A DNA stretch of 64,000 nt from NCBI GenBank assembly GCA_951406725.2, contig OX597816.1, forward strand, positions 18,228,001 to 18,292,000. The letters run 5' to 3'. Shown here piece by piece: positions 28,669 through 41,777 of the stretch. The stretch's first letter is position 1. Each line of letters begins with the position of its first letter. The stretch comes from Octopus vulgaris. Its lineage: Eukaryota. The notes beneath the pieces were generated by a model, which ran no database searches, was not told the DNA's origin, and saw only the letters and a list, made by a program, of their open reading frames with translations. The translations under genes were made by a program, and so were the position numbers.

Positions 28669-28731
<63 letters not shown>

Positions 28732-28958
28732 GATATTTGTGTGTGTGACTGCGCTTATTCCCTCTCCATCGCTTGACATCCCCGATGCTGATGTGTTTAC
28801 TCGCCCCCCCCCCATAACCTAGCGGTTCGGCAAAAGACACCAATAGAATAAATACTAGGCATACAAAGAGTAAGTCCTGGGGTCGATTTGTTCGGCTAAA
28901 GGCGGTGCTGCAGCATGGCCGCAGTCAAAATGATTGAAACAAGTAAATGAATAAATGA
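28216..28958 (+). mobile_element. SINE family A interrupted in its (TA)n by an inverted-repeat element
   Basis: 5' half at 28216-28380, 3' half at 28735-28958. Confidence 0.85.
28421..28676. mobile_element. Inverted-repeat insertion in (TA)n, probable Penelope-type remnant
   Basis: 60-bp arms at 28425-28484 and 28520-28579 (4 mismatches), a central AAAACCACAT/ATGTGGTTTT hairpin, and a ~95-bp unpaired extension. Confidence 0.6.
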
Positions 28959-29669
28959 AAATATCAAGAAACTTACTGAAACTCTGTTAATATCTGTATA
29001 TGTAATACCCGAATAAGTTACGGCTTTTTTTTTTCTCAGTGGAAGCTGAAATTGCAGAAATGATAAGGAAAAGATATCAAAGCACAATACAGTTCCCTTT
29101 AAAGTGTGGTGCTTTATTTGTTGTAGTCTGCTGTTAAGTTGTCGATTGACTTAAAATTGCCTTAGTAATAGTTAAGCACTTTGGTGTGAATATAAAACTA
29201 CTATTCAATGTATTTTGTGAGTTTTAGTGCTCTGATACACAATTTAAGGTCGCTGAAGACTGTTGAATCTTGCTATATAGTTAAAGTCTTAACCACTTCC
29301 CTGTTTAGTGAAACACACTCTTCAGTACATTAAAATATTGTGTTGTAGCTAATACAAATTAAACAAAGTGTTGTAGCTAATACAAATTAAAGAAGCAAAC
29401 TACAGTTACATATGACGATTACACAACAAACGATCAATAGATTGTAAGTGGTGTAACAATTTATAACTAATGAAACCTAATTGCTGCGAAAATGTGTAAT
29501 ACTTAACTGGCTGTGTAGGGAATATTCAAAATAACTATCTGCCTATAAAATATACGAGATAGTTTGAAGTGTGAAAGGTGAAGATATATTTTTCGTGGTA
29601 TGGAATTGTTCAATGTCCTGATTTTGCATTCCTGTTTGTTATGTATTGAATAGCAATAAGTCACGTTGT

Positions 29670-30412
29670 ATATAAAGTTAGATAAACTTAGATATGTTTC
29701 GACCAAAGATTGGTTCAGGCCATCTCTAACTTAATAGCACCACCTGATAGGATTATTCGAATCCTGTTTAAGTCAAGTTTTGTTCAAGTAGTGAGTTCTT
29801 GCTGGGTGAGTTGTATCCAGTTTTGTTCAAGTAGTGAGTTCTTGTTAGGTAAGTTGTATCCAATTATGGGTGACTTATCTGGTATTCTTTGAAGAAATCT
29901 ATCCAGACTCTGTTTAAAGTTGATGGGATCCTTTTCCTCTTTGATCTCACTCGGGACAATGTTAAATAGGGCAGGGCCTGCTGAGGAAAAGAAATTATGT
30001 TGCAGTGTACATGTATGTTGTGATCTTGAATTGGGCAGGGGACGTATAGCCCGTGGTCCAAGTCTTGGATGAACCTTGAAGCTAATGTTTAGGTCGTTTG
30101 GGCAACGTTGGCGGTATATTTTCCACATCGTACAAATGATGTACCGCTCACGGCGACGCTGGAGGGAGTAAAGTTTCAAGGCTTTAAGGCGATCCCAATA
30201 ATCGAGAGCAGCCATGCCTTCAATTCGTTTAGTGAGTGCCCTCTGGGGTGACACAATTCTGGAGATGTTTTGTCTTGTGTGAGGAGACCACAGTGGGCAG
30301 CAGTATTCAAGGTGTGGCCGTACAAAGGAGGAAAAAAGTGGTATGATGACACCTTGTTCTCTGGACCGGAAAGTTCTTAAGATCCAGGAACTCATCCTAC
30401 GAGCTATATCGA
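29670..30412 (-). mobile_element. CR1/L2-group LINE, 5'-truncated 3' end
   Basis: ORF with ILRTFRSR, VRPHLEYCCPLWSPH, YWDRLKALKLYSLQRRRER and FKQSLDRFLQRIPD, then a short 3' UTR with ATCTAA repeats. Confidence 0.9.
29784..30395 (-). CDS. LINE ORF2 reverse transcriptase thumb and C-terminal region (fragment)
   Basis: 203-aa open frame with the CR1-type RPHLEYC...WSP motif. Confidence 0.85.
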   Translation of the reverse strand: MSSWILRTFRSREQGVIIPLFSSFVRPHLEYCCPLWSPHTRQNISRIVSPQRALTKRIEGMAALDYWDRLKALKLYSLQRRRERYIICTMWKIYRQRCPNDLNISFKVHPRLGPRAIRPLPNSRSQHTCTLQHNFFSSAGPALFNIVPSEIKEEKDPINFKQSLDRFLQRIPDKSPIIGYNLPNKNSLLEQNWIQLTQQELTT

Positions 30413-30431
30413 CATTATTTCTTGACTAAAA

Positions 30432-30521
30432 TATTAGGTTGGTGCATAATTATTTAGGTTTTTCTTTTCAATAACTTATGTGTTGGAGTGTTCCCATTTA
30501 AGTATTCTTTTGAACCTAATA
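30432..30521. mobile_element. Possible MADE-like mariner miniature
   Basis: TATTAGGTTGGTGCA at the left end and a partial AACCTAATA at the right end. Confidence 0.4.
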
Positions 30522-31491
30522 TCTTCACATTATTATTTATAGTTTTATCTACTTCGCTTTTCACCGTCAAAAGTAATTTGTTTCAACAGTTAACGTGTCA
30601 AAATCTTTGTTGTCGTAAAGAAGGATATTCGTGTTCCCAAAACATGTATTGCTTCATGTTTGATCAAATAGAAGTAGTTAAAGAAACAGAGAAGTCGAAC
30701 TGTCAAGCATTGATGAGGAAATGTTTTAGCAACAGCTTAAAACTTCATGGATATCTTAACCTGGCTAGTAGTCAGCAATGTCATTGCTATTCAATAATAA
30801 ATTATTTCCCAAATCCCAAATCCCAAATTATTTTGACCATTATGCAACTAATTTTGGTTAAGTATGTTTATTTGCATTTATAAATAATTCAATATGTCCA
30901 GTTAAACTTGTAGAATTGTAGCTTACATATATGTCATTCTCATAAGAGGGATCAACATTGAATGTTATTGTCAATGGGTTTACCAATTATAACGTGGGAT
31001 CTGAACTAAATCCGCAATACCTTTAGGGAAAAACTTCCTATCTCGCGGCAAATGTATCGCATTCTTACTTTAGTTTATTTCATAACAGTGCCAATAATTC
31101 TTGTTATTAAATAAAGCCGTCACCTGTCAGTAATAGAATGCTGTAGGGTATGTATTTTATCATTTCGTAATCCCACCTTTCTCTCAGTTTGTAAGTGTGT
31201 AAATATTATTATATAGATTTCTGCTTTATATGAGTATAACATCGTTTATTTAATAGTCATATAGATTGAAAGAACATCTAATTCGTAACGATGAAATATC
31301 TTCAAATGCACACTCGAATATTAATACACATATATGTATATATCTACATATGTATGAGTTTGAAAATAGACGTGGAAATATACAGGCATATACAAATATA
31401 TATACAATAAGTGTGTGTGTGTTCCTGTACACATGCATATATACATACACACACACACATATATCTATATCTATCTATCTATCTATCGATT

Positions 31492-31531
<40 letters not shown>

Positions 31532-31606
31532 TATGTATATGTACATACATATATAAATGTGTGTGTATGTATGTATTTATGAATGTATATCTGTGTGTGC
31601 GTAAAC

Positions 31607-31637
<31 letters not shown>

Positions 31638-32115
31638 TTCACACACACACACATACGCTTACGTATGTTGAATGTGTGTGAAATTCTATCTGCATATGTG
31701 TGCACATACGAGTATCATTACGTATACACTTCTGTATATACGTGGATATTTATCGATTTCACCAATACTCATAATAATGTGGAAAAATAAGAATTATAAA
31801 TAAAACCACAAAATGTCACTAGAGAAATATTGATGTAAATGATTAAACAAAAAGATAAATTTCTGGGGAAAAAAAACAAAAAAAAAATATCGTTTTGGGA
31901 AAAAAATGACACAAACTTGGTTCATTTCACTATTAATTAGTTGCAATTATGCCAAATTTACTGGCAGATTCCAGTCGAATGAACATTTCAACAAAAACTT
32001 TGTCTTCATTTGAACTTGGTAATGTTTTTAATAACGTATAAAATACTCTGCCGTTTGCAGTCAGTGAAATATTTTCGTCTCTAGTCTGTTTCTCTGGCAT
32101 CTATTTTTCGCTTTT

Positions 32116-32516
32116 AAGGCGGCGAGCTGGCAGAATCGTTAGAACGTCGGCAAAATGCTTTGCAGTATTTCGCCCGTCACTATGTTCTGAGTTCAAATTG
32201 CGCCGAGGTCGACTTTGCCTTTCATCCTTTCAGGGTCGATAAAATAAGTACCAGTTACGCACTGGGGTCGATGTAATCGACTTAATACCTATGTCTGTCC
32301 TTGTTTGTCCCCTCTGTGTTTAGCACCTTGTGGGTAATAAAGAAATGGGTATTTCGCCCGTCACTATGTTCTGAGTTCAAATTGCGCCGAGGTCGACTTT
32401 GCCTTTCATTCTTTCAGGATCGATAAAATAAGTACTAGTTGAACACTGGGGGTCGATGTAATCGACTTATCCCTGCCCCCAAAATTACTGCCCTTGTGGC
32501 AAAATTTGAAACCATC
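32116..32516 (+). mobile_element. SINE family C nested dimer with TSD
   Basis: Outer TSD ATTTTTCGCTTTT at 32103-32115 and 32517-32529. The internal unit is repeated at about 32165 and 32349. Confidence 0.9.
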
Positions 32517-32604
32517 ATTTTTCGCTTTTGGTATTGCTATATTCTAGACTCCTGAATAACACCTAAAACAAACAGTGGAGATCGTGATGTTTGGTCTCTG
32601 TAAA

Positions 32605-33952
32605 AAGATGGCGAGCTGACAGCATCATTAACGCGTCCCGGGAAGGAAATGGTTAGCAGCATTTCTTGAGTTTCTTTGTGCTCTGAGATCAAATGTCATC
32701 GAGGTTAACTTTCCTCCCACCCTTCCTTCTTTCCTTCATTCCTTCTTTCCTTCGTTCTTTCCCTTCTTCCTTCCTTCTTTCTTTCGTTCTTTCCCTCCTT
32801 CCTCCTACCTACCTTCATTCCCACCTTCATCCTTCGTTCTTTCTTTCCTTTCTTCTTCCTTTCTTCCTTCCTTCCTTCCCTTCTTCCTTCCTACCTTCCT
32901 CCCTTTTTTCTTTCATTCCTTCTTTCATTCCTACCTTCCTTCCTTCCTTCCTTCCTTCTTTCATTCCTACATTCCTTCCTTCCTTCCTTCCTTTTTACCT
33001 TCCTTCCTTCCTTCCTTCCTTCCTTCCTTCCTTCCTTCCTCCCTTCCTTCCATCTTTTCTTCCTTCCTTCCATCTTTTCTTTCTTCCTTCCTTCCTTCCT
33101 TCCATCCATCCTTCCTTCCTTTCTTCCTTCCTTCATTCCTTCCTTCCCTTCTTCCTACCATCCTTCCTTCCTACCATCCTTCCTTCCTACCTTCCTCCCT
33201 TCTTTCATTCCTTCCTTCATTCCTTCCTTCCTTCCTTCCTTCCTTCCTTCCTTCCTTCTTTCCTTCCTTCCTTTCTTCCTTCCTACCTTCCCACCTTCCT
33301 TCCTTCCTTCCTACCTTCCTTCCTACCTTCCTTCCTATCTTCCCCCTTCCTTCTTTCATTCCTTCTTTCATTCATACCTTCCTTCTTTCCTTCCTTCCTA
33401 TCTTCCCCCTTCCTTCTTTCATTCCTTCTTTCATTCATACCTTCCTTCCTTCTTTCATTCCTACATTCCTTCCTTCTTTCCTTCCTTCCTTCCTTCCTTC
33501 TTTTCTTCCTTCCTTTCTTCCTTCCTTCCTTCCTTCCTACCTTCCCACCTTCCCACCTTCCTTCCTTTCTTCCTTCCTACCTTCCCACCTTCCTTCCTTC
33601 CTTCCTTCCTACCTTCCCACCTTCCTTCCTTCCTTCCTACCTTCCTTCCTACCTTCCCCCTTCCTTCTTTCATTCCTTCTTTCATTCATACCTTCCTTCC
33701 TTCCTTCCTTCCTATCTTCCCCCTTCCTTCTTTCATTCCTTCTTTCATTCATACCTTCCTTCCTTCTTTCATTCCTACATTCCTTCCTTCTTTCCTTCCT
33801 TCCTTCCTTCCTTCCTTCCTTCCTTCCTTCCTTCCTTCCTTCCTTTCTTCCTTCCTTCCATGATCGATAGAATAAACAACTGAGCTCTGGAGTCAACGTA
33901 ATCGACATCTACTCGCCTCAAAATTACTGGCCTTTTACGAGATTTAGCAACA
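32605..33952 (+). mobile_element. Old SINE family C copy split by a (TTCC)n expansion
   Basis: Head at 32605-32712 (GGCGAGCTGACAGCATC...GAGGTTAACTTT) and tail at 33862-33952 (GATCGATAGAATAA...GTAATCGAC...AAAATTACTGGCCTT). Confidence 0.7.
32710..33860. repeat. (TTCC)n polypyrimidine tract, about 1.15 kb
   Basis: Degenerate TTCC/TACC/TTCA tetranucleotide repeat. Confidence 0.95.
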
Positions 33953-34449
33953 AATTAGACTCAATATTTGTGGCTGTCCTATATAAAAATACTACATATT
34001 TCGTCCTTTTTCCTCGTCATTCCTCAATGATCAATGCACAGTCAATTTGAAACTAAGTTTATCCGTTATATTATATTGTATATTATGTGTATTTATTTCT
34101 CGATTTTTCTTGAAGTAGATTCGATGAATATACACATATGACGCTTACTAAACGCTTCATGCGTTCCTAAATAGTTGCGGAATTAAGGAGACAGAATCTT
34201 GTCAGTTTCGATTAAACTGTTTTGTGCTGTTTGCAGTCTGCAGTATACAAACAGAATATTAATCTATATTTTCCACACCTAGCTTATAGTAAAATTATCT
34301 ACACACCTTAAAGAAGGAAAGAGAAATCGGAGGGGGTATTTCATTATTAAAACATAGTCGGATTGCTTCGGGTTCTTTTATAGTGTATGCTTCAAACAAG
34401 TGTCTTCATATACCATTACGTGAATAATGTAATGGTATATTACATTAGT

Positions 34450-34819
34450 CCATCCCCTCCTCACCGTGGTGGGGGACGCTGGCAACGGGTAGTGTCAGAG
34501 CTATGCCGTCGGGAACTTCGGTTCCTGGTAGGGCCACCCAAGGTGGATTGGTCTGACACCGAGTGATATTAGGGCCATATTAGGGCCACAACCCGGCAGA
34601 CGGTGAAAATCCTCAGAGTGTCTGCTTCGGCAACCGGCTGCCCCTCGGTCGTTCTGTCCCTGCGTCTGCGGATAATTTGCCGCAAACAGGATGTCTCCTC
34701 ATGCGGGATTGTTGGGGATTGCTTGTGAAATCCACATATTCCCACGAAACTTCTTCCATGAGTAGAAGAAGCCGACTCAACCCGCCCAGTGTGAATGTCG
34801 CCACAAGTACAAGTAAGTA
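34450..34819 (+). mobile_element. Non-autonomous bipartite RTE derivative (5' UTR joined to 3' end)
   Basis: 5' motifs CCGTGGTGGGGG...GAGCTATGCC...TAGGGCCACCCAAG resemble RTE/BovB 5' UTRs. 34764-34817 matches the RTE 3' end at 19270-19329. Confidence 0.75.
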
Positions 34820-35417
34820 GTATTATATGAATAAAAATGATTTGTTTTATATAATCTTAAAAGTAACTTTATGAAATTCGTTTCTGTATTTTAATAAATC
34901 TACAATGTCCATAATGTTATAACGTACCACAATAAGATATAAAAGTATTAAATATATTATTATTACTACCTGCTGACATTTCTAATGATTTTAGAATTAG
35001 TTTTGAATTAGTGTATTGTTTCGTTTCCATATTATATCAAATATATTGGTTTCCTCATGCTTTTATTACTGTCATCATAGTTTTCATCATAACTGATTTT
35101 ATCAAATGTCAATTTTCGTGATACAATTAAGAACAAAACAGAAATTAATATTTTGTAATTATTATTAATTTAAGCTTGAATCAAGTAATATATTCCATAA
35201 TTACTATTGTAACAATCCTTTTAAATTTGTTCAAATATTTTCTTCAATTTTTCAAACTTCTTATCAGGCATTCTTGCAAATGTCATTCACCTTACACACA
35301 TAAGCTTTTAATTTGTATTTCTAATTCTTAATATATGGATATTCTTGCATTCTACCTTTTCATATACATATCCTCGTTTTACACGGGTATCTGGTTAAAC
35401 AAAATACTACGTGAGAT

Positions 35418-35936
35418 GGATCACTGATTAATGCAGAAAAGGTGTTCGTTATTTATGACATCGTTCGTGCGTTTGAACTGGTTTTAGCTTTAAGGTTTTA
35501 GGGTTAGGGTTAGGGCTTTAGGGTTAGGATTAGGGTTTAGGGTTACGGTTAGGGTTTTAGGGTTAGGGTGTTAGGGTTCTAGGAGTAGGATTAGGGTTTT
35601 AGGGATAGGGTTAGGGTTAAGGTTTTAGGGTTAGGGTTACGGTGTTAGGGTTAGGGTTGTCATAAATAACAGTGACGAAAGAAATATACACCGCCGGAAG
35701 TTCTTGTTGACAAACAACAGCAGTACTTTTATTCAGCTGAATGCACGTCATTGATAGGTTGAAATTACCGAAATAGGACAACTTTAACGTGAAATAACTT
35801 CGAAAATATAAATTTTTCTCAAAATGCTAAGAGTAAAAGATGTTTTATATGACACATTCTACTAGTGTCCGAAGTTTGAAAGTGTTCTGTTACAAAAAAT
35901 TAATATTAAAATCTATCGGTCAAAAGGTAGAGATCC
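35418..35936. mobile_element. GGATC-ended MITE with internal degenerate (TTAGGG)n
   Basis: Telomeric tract at 35480-35657. The right part is homologous, in reverse orientation, to 8842-9036. Confidence 0.75.
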
Positions 35937-35983
35937 TGAACTTGTTTTGAAACAATTGTTATAGAGTGATATTAACCTGGTTT

Positions 35984-36312
35984 GAGGGCACGTGGCTTGG
36001 TGATTAGGGCCTTCGGCTCATGATCGTAAGGTTGTAAGTTCGATTCCCGGCGACGTATTGTGTCTTTGAGCAAGCCACTTTATTTCACATTGCTCCAGTC
36101 CACTCAGCTGGCAAAAATGAGCAGTCCCTGTATTTCAAAAAGGGCTAACCTTGTCACATTCTGTGTCACGCTGAATCTCCTTGCGAACTACGTTAAGGGT
36201 ACACGTGTCTGTGGAATGTTCAGCCACTCGCACGTTAATTTCTCGAGCAAGCTGCTCCGTCTATCGTATCTGCTGGGACCCATGTCGTCGTAACCGACGG
36301 AATGCCCCTTCA
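35984..36312 (+). mobile_element. SINE with CORE-type head and family B tail
   Basis: TGGCTTGGTGA A box, GTTCGATTCC B box and TTGAGCAAGCCACTTTATTTCAC core, then AACTACGTTAAGGGTACACGTGTCTGTGG...GTAACCGACGG. Confidence 0.85.
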
Positions 36313-38898
36313 AAAACAACAAAAAATATTAACCTCGTAAGGAAGAAGGTCGCCCGATACAAGTGAGATCGACATGGCTTACGTTGCTTTTGAGTAATTG
36401 CAATGAGACGCTCTAGGAAAAATACAAACGGTGAGTAAAATTTAGAAGGCTAACGTTGTGGGATTAAAAGCCTGGTAGTTAATATTTATACAGTTTTTTA
36501 CGTGGTGGACATTATAAATTTTGGTAGCATCCATTCTGTAATTTTAGAATTAATTTGAATTTCATTCGCTAGTGTGTTCGTCTATATTTTAAGTTTGTAT
36601 TTTTTAAGCCTGTAGACTTCGTTCGCCGACTGGTTTCACAATAGTACCTGATCGATGTGTACCTATAATAAAGACGGCTCTACTCTAAGCAACGGTCTCC
36701 ACGTTTTGGATGCCCTCCTAATCCTATCAAACGATAATGTCGACGACATTTGGACACCCTATAAAAACTCTGATATAAAATACGAAATTCTAGACCTTGA
36801 TTTGTGAGCTACATTACTTTCCAGACAATTCTTTGGGCAATGATGTAGAAAATTGGCAGCCTAATATTTACAACAGAATCAGGAAATAAATAATCAGGAA
36901 ATATATATATAACTAAACATGACATGCAATTATTTTGCTTCACGAAATATCTATTATGAATATGCTGCAGATAACATGAAGTCGATGAATATCCCATGGT
37001 GTGAACTATTTTATACTTTGTTTTCCAACAAAGGAAAAGATAATGGAATCGAAATTAGCACCCTGCTGATGAAAATAACTATAATTACTTTAACACAAGT
37101 TATTCGCTTAGATAAGTATTTAACCATTGACCGATAATTACTGCGGGATATTTTTTTATTTAATTGTCTACTAGAATACGCATAATATTTTGTTTTTTCA
37201 TTGATGATATTACAGCAAATAAATAAATATTTTGTAATCAAGCATCAATTATTAATGAAGTAATTATATATCTCCGTCTGAAGATATAATAGTTGTAGTG
37301 GAGCACGACTATTGCAGTTCATTCAGATAAATAAATAAGTCTGGCGTAGAGAGAAAAGTAAACGGAAAATAAGTCAATATACGTAAAATTGCAAATCGAA
37401 TTATTTTCAATCAAAATCGAATACGTTATCTTGCTCTTTGGAACTTGATAAAATTAATCAAAACTGAAGAGTTGATAAAATTAATCACGGCTTTGTAGTC
37501 GATAAATATGCGTTGTAAACTATAGATCGGTTTCTAGAATTGGAAATATATTGCCGATAATATACGTAGATGTATATAAACACAAAATGAAAAGCCTCGC
37601 ATTATACGTATTCGTGGAAAACTTTGGCTAACTAGTATGTAACTACTTTTTGAAATAAAAATATTGAGTTTATTTCCTGTCGTTGTCGGGGTATTTGGTT
37701 AATTGCTATTTAATCAACTGTAGTATGACAGCCTACAAGCATTAATATTTCGTAAAAATATAAGTAATTCGGGAAAATTGTATGACTAAATGCTGAAAGA
37801 TTGCAGCAGACTATAAATAAATAGTTTGATTTTATAAATAGCGTTTTAAATTATCGAATAGAAAAAAATACAAGATTTTTTCGCAGACTATTTTTGGGGA
37901 AAGCTATTATTTTAAAATGAAATATCTTTATTCTTGTGTTGAAAGGTTCTTTAGAATTAACATCACGAAAATATATTCTTCAGAAAATTCGACATAAAAG
38001 CGGTGAGTTGCATAATATTGCAATGCGTCTCTAAAAACTGTAAATAGTTTTATATATCTCGTTTATTTGCTACGACAATCCATTTAATAGCAAATATGAT
38101 ATAGAACATCTGTTATAAGAAGCAACGAATTCTGAATAAAGATAGAGTCGTTATAAACATCTCTGCTCCAAAGTTCTTTTTGGAGACATACTTTAACCAC
38201 ACATCTAATGTCGATGTTGGATGGTAGAGCAAACTGAGTGAAAAGGGCTCTGATTTTCTATATTTCTTCCTTCTCCAAATAAGTATTTTAATGCGTGTAA
38301 ACCGTGATGAAATTATATTTGCCAGTCTTGAAAAATTGGTATTTTGGACTGTATATTTTGACTGGATATTCTTTCGATGTGTTTTGGCGCTGCCTGTATG
38401 GCGTCGCTGATTCGAAGTTGACGTAGTTCTTATTTGACATCATGCATTTAATATCCGCTCGTTTCCCCTGTCTTCTCTGTCTCTCTCTCTCTGCCCTCTG
38501 TCTCTCTCTTTTATGTGTGTGAGTATACTTCTTTATGCCTGTGAGTGGTTTCGCCAATTGTATCCAATCAATAAATTGTTGGGTCTCTCCTTTCGGTCTC
38601 TCTCAATCTGTATGTGTATATTTATGCACGCATCTGTGTGTTCACCTCTTGTGTCGAAACGTAGAGTCACTAAAATAGATTGGATGTACAGTCAGACCGA
38701 ACAGCTCTCTGGATGCAGATATCCGCCCCTAATCGTTACGTTCCGGGGTTCCAATGTCATAGTGCCGTTTTATTATTTCTTTATCACATTTTCTGTGTCT
38801 TTTTGGCAAACTGCTTTTCCGCTTTGCATTAAAAGGTGCGTGCACAGTATTATTCTGCTTCTTTTAAAAATCTTCACCATTCTTATCGTACAGGGAGA

Positions 38899-39283
38899 GG
38901 AGGCGCAATGGCCCAGTGGTTAGGGCAGCGGACTCGCGGTCGTAGGATCGCGGTTTCGATTCCCAGACCGGGCGTTGTGAGTGTTTATTGAGCGAAAACA
39001 CCTAAAGCTCTACGAGGCTCCGGCAGGGCATGGTGGTGATCCCCGCTGTACTCTTTCACCACAACTTTCTCTCACTCTTTCTTCCTGTTTCTGTTGTACC
39101 TGTATTTCAAAGGGCCGGTCTTGTCACTCTCTGTGTCACGCTGAATATCCCCGAGAACTACGTTAAGGGTACACGTGTCTGTGGAGTGCTCAGCCACTTA
39201 CACGTTAATTTCACGAGCAGGCTGTTCCGTTGGTCGGATCAACCGGAACCATCATCGTCGTAACCGACGGAGTGCTTCCATCC
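38899..39283 (+). mobile_element. tRNA-derived SINE family B, full length
   Basis: Near-identical to 7679-8060. TSD ATC[G/A]TACAGGGAGA at 38885-38898 and 39284-39297. Confidence 0.92.
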
Positions 39284-39859
39284 ATCATACAGGGAGATAA
39301 GCTAAATAATCTATTAGTGTTTCGAAGACAAATCTCTTTCAGCTATTGGGAAGTTACTGTTTCTATAAATTATTCTGAGACATTGTTTCATTCACTAAAA
39401 CTTTGGTAGTAATACCATTTAATCTATATCGTATTGATATGCGTTAATGACATAAAATTAACGAAGATGTAGAAGGAAAAGAAAATACAAATACAAACTC
39501 ATTTGTCTTGTTAAATACGCCCAACCGTTGATGTAGTGTAAAGAAGCCATCGTGACCTAAGAGTCGTACCATACTTATTTGAAAACTTGACCTCGGCCAA
39601 CCTACTCCAGATATGAACACATCTGAGTCTTCCAGAAATAGAGACAAAAACAAGGAATGAAAAAGAACAGTTTTTCACGTCCAGGGTTGTTATGTTACCT
39701 ATCGACTTCGAAGGGATGGAAGTTGAAGTTGACCTCGGTAGTATAAGAATATTGAACTCAGATAGCCTAAACGAATGACCGAAAACAATGCCGCAAAACA
39801 ATTTTCACGCACACACACACACCCATACACACGCACACACGCACACACACATATATATT

Positions 39860-40777
<918 letters not shown>

Positions 40778-41560
40778 CGTGTGTGAGCTTGTGGGTGTTG
40801 GTGTTTATGTGTGCATGTTTGCGCATGTTTTTCTGTACTGTTGCGCATTGCATGTTATATTGAAGATATGTATGGTTTACAATTAAGCATCTTCTGGAAC
40901 GTTTCCATATTACTTTAATATTCCGTTACGTTTAATGCAAAAAAATATAACGTTTCGAAGTTCAACAACATACTAATTTTATATACTGAATTCGATGACG
41001 ACAGTGGCGCTATATTTACTTTGCTCCTATAGTAGGCAGCAAGACATCGTGGGGATAATTTTGTAACTGTCAACTAATCATCTAATCGTCATTAAATTCG
41101 TAATTGTCCAACTGCAACTTCTGGTTTAAGCTCATGCCCCGTTTATGTATCAGTGGCTGATACATGCTTCTTATGTTGATTTCTGTTGTGGATTCAGCAA
41201 GTAATAAATCTATCAGAGCTAATATGCTGGAGCTTATATGCAAAAGTCTTTATATGATGAATAATTGTTTCTCAACTTAGCTGTTTCATGTTCTATATTG
41301 TATTGCCATGTGAGGACTGCTTGTTATAAATAAATAATCAACCTAGGAGAAGCTCTTCCACTGTCGTATTCAATGAAAGATTTTCTTGTTATAGTATTAT
41401 GTTAACAAATTCCATATGTATAGCCCATTAGTTATCTGAAGCAATTTTCTGGCTTGCTTTCTTGCAGTTTCCTGCTGATAAATCTTTAAATTTTCATGTT
41501 TTTATTTTTTTCTAGCGATTCATACTGGTTAGGAATGATACAAATATTCTATTTCATACT

Positions 41561-41726
41561 AGGCGCAGGAGTGGCTGTATGGTAAGTAGCTTGTCTACCA
41601 ACCACATGGTTCTGGGTTCAGTCCCACGGCGTGCCACCTTGGGAAAGTGTCTTCTACTATAGCCTCGGGCCGACCAAAGCCTTGCGATTGGATTTGGTAG
41701 ACAGAAACTGAAAGAAGCCCGTCGTA

Positions 41727-41777
<51 letters not shown>

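Noticed and set aside
35480-35657. True telomere or chromosome fusion site
   Set aside because: The tract is short, degenerate, in a single orientation and embedded in a MITE.
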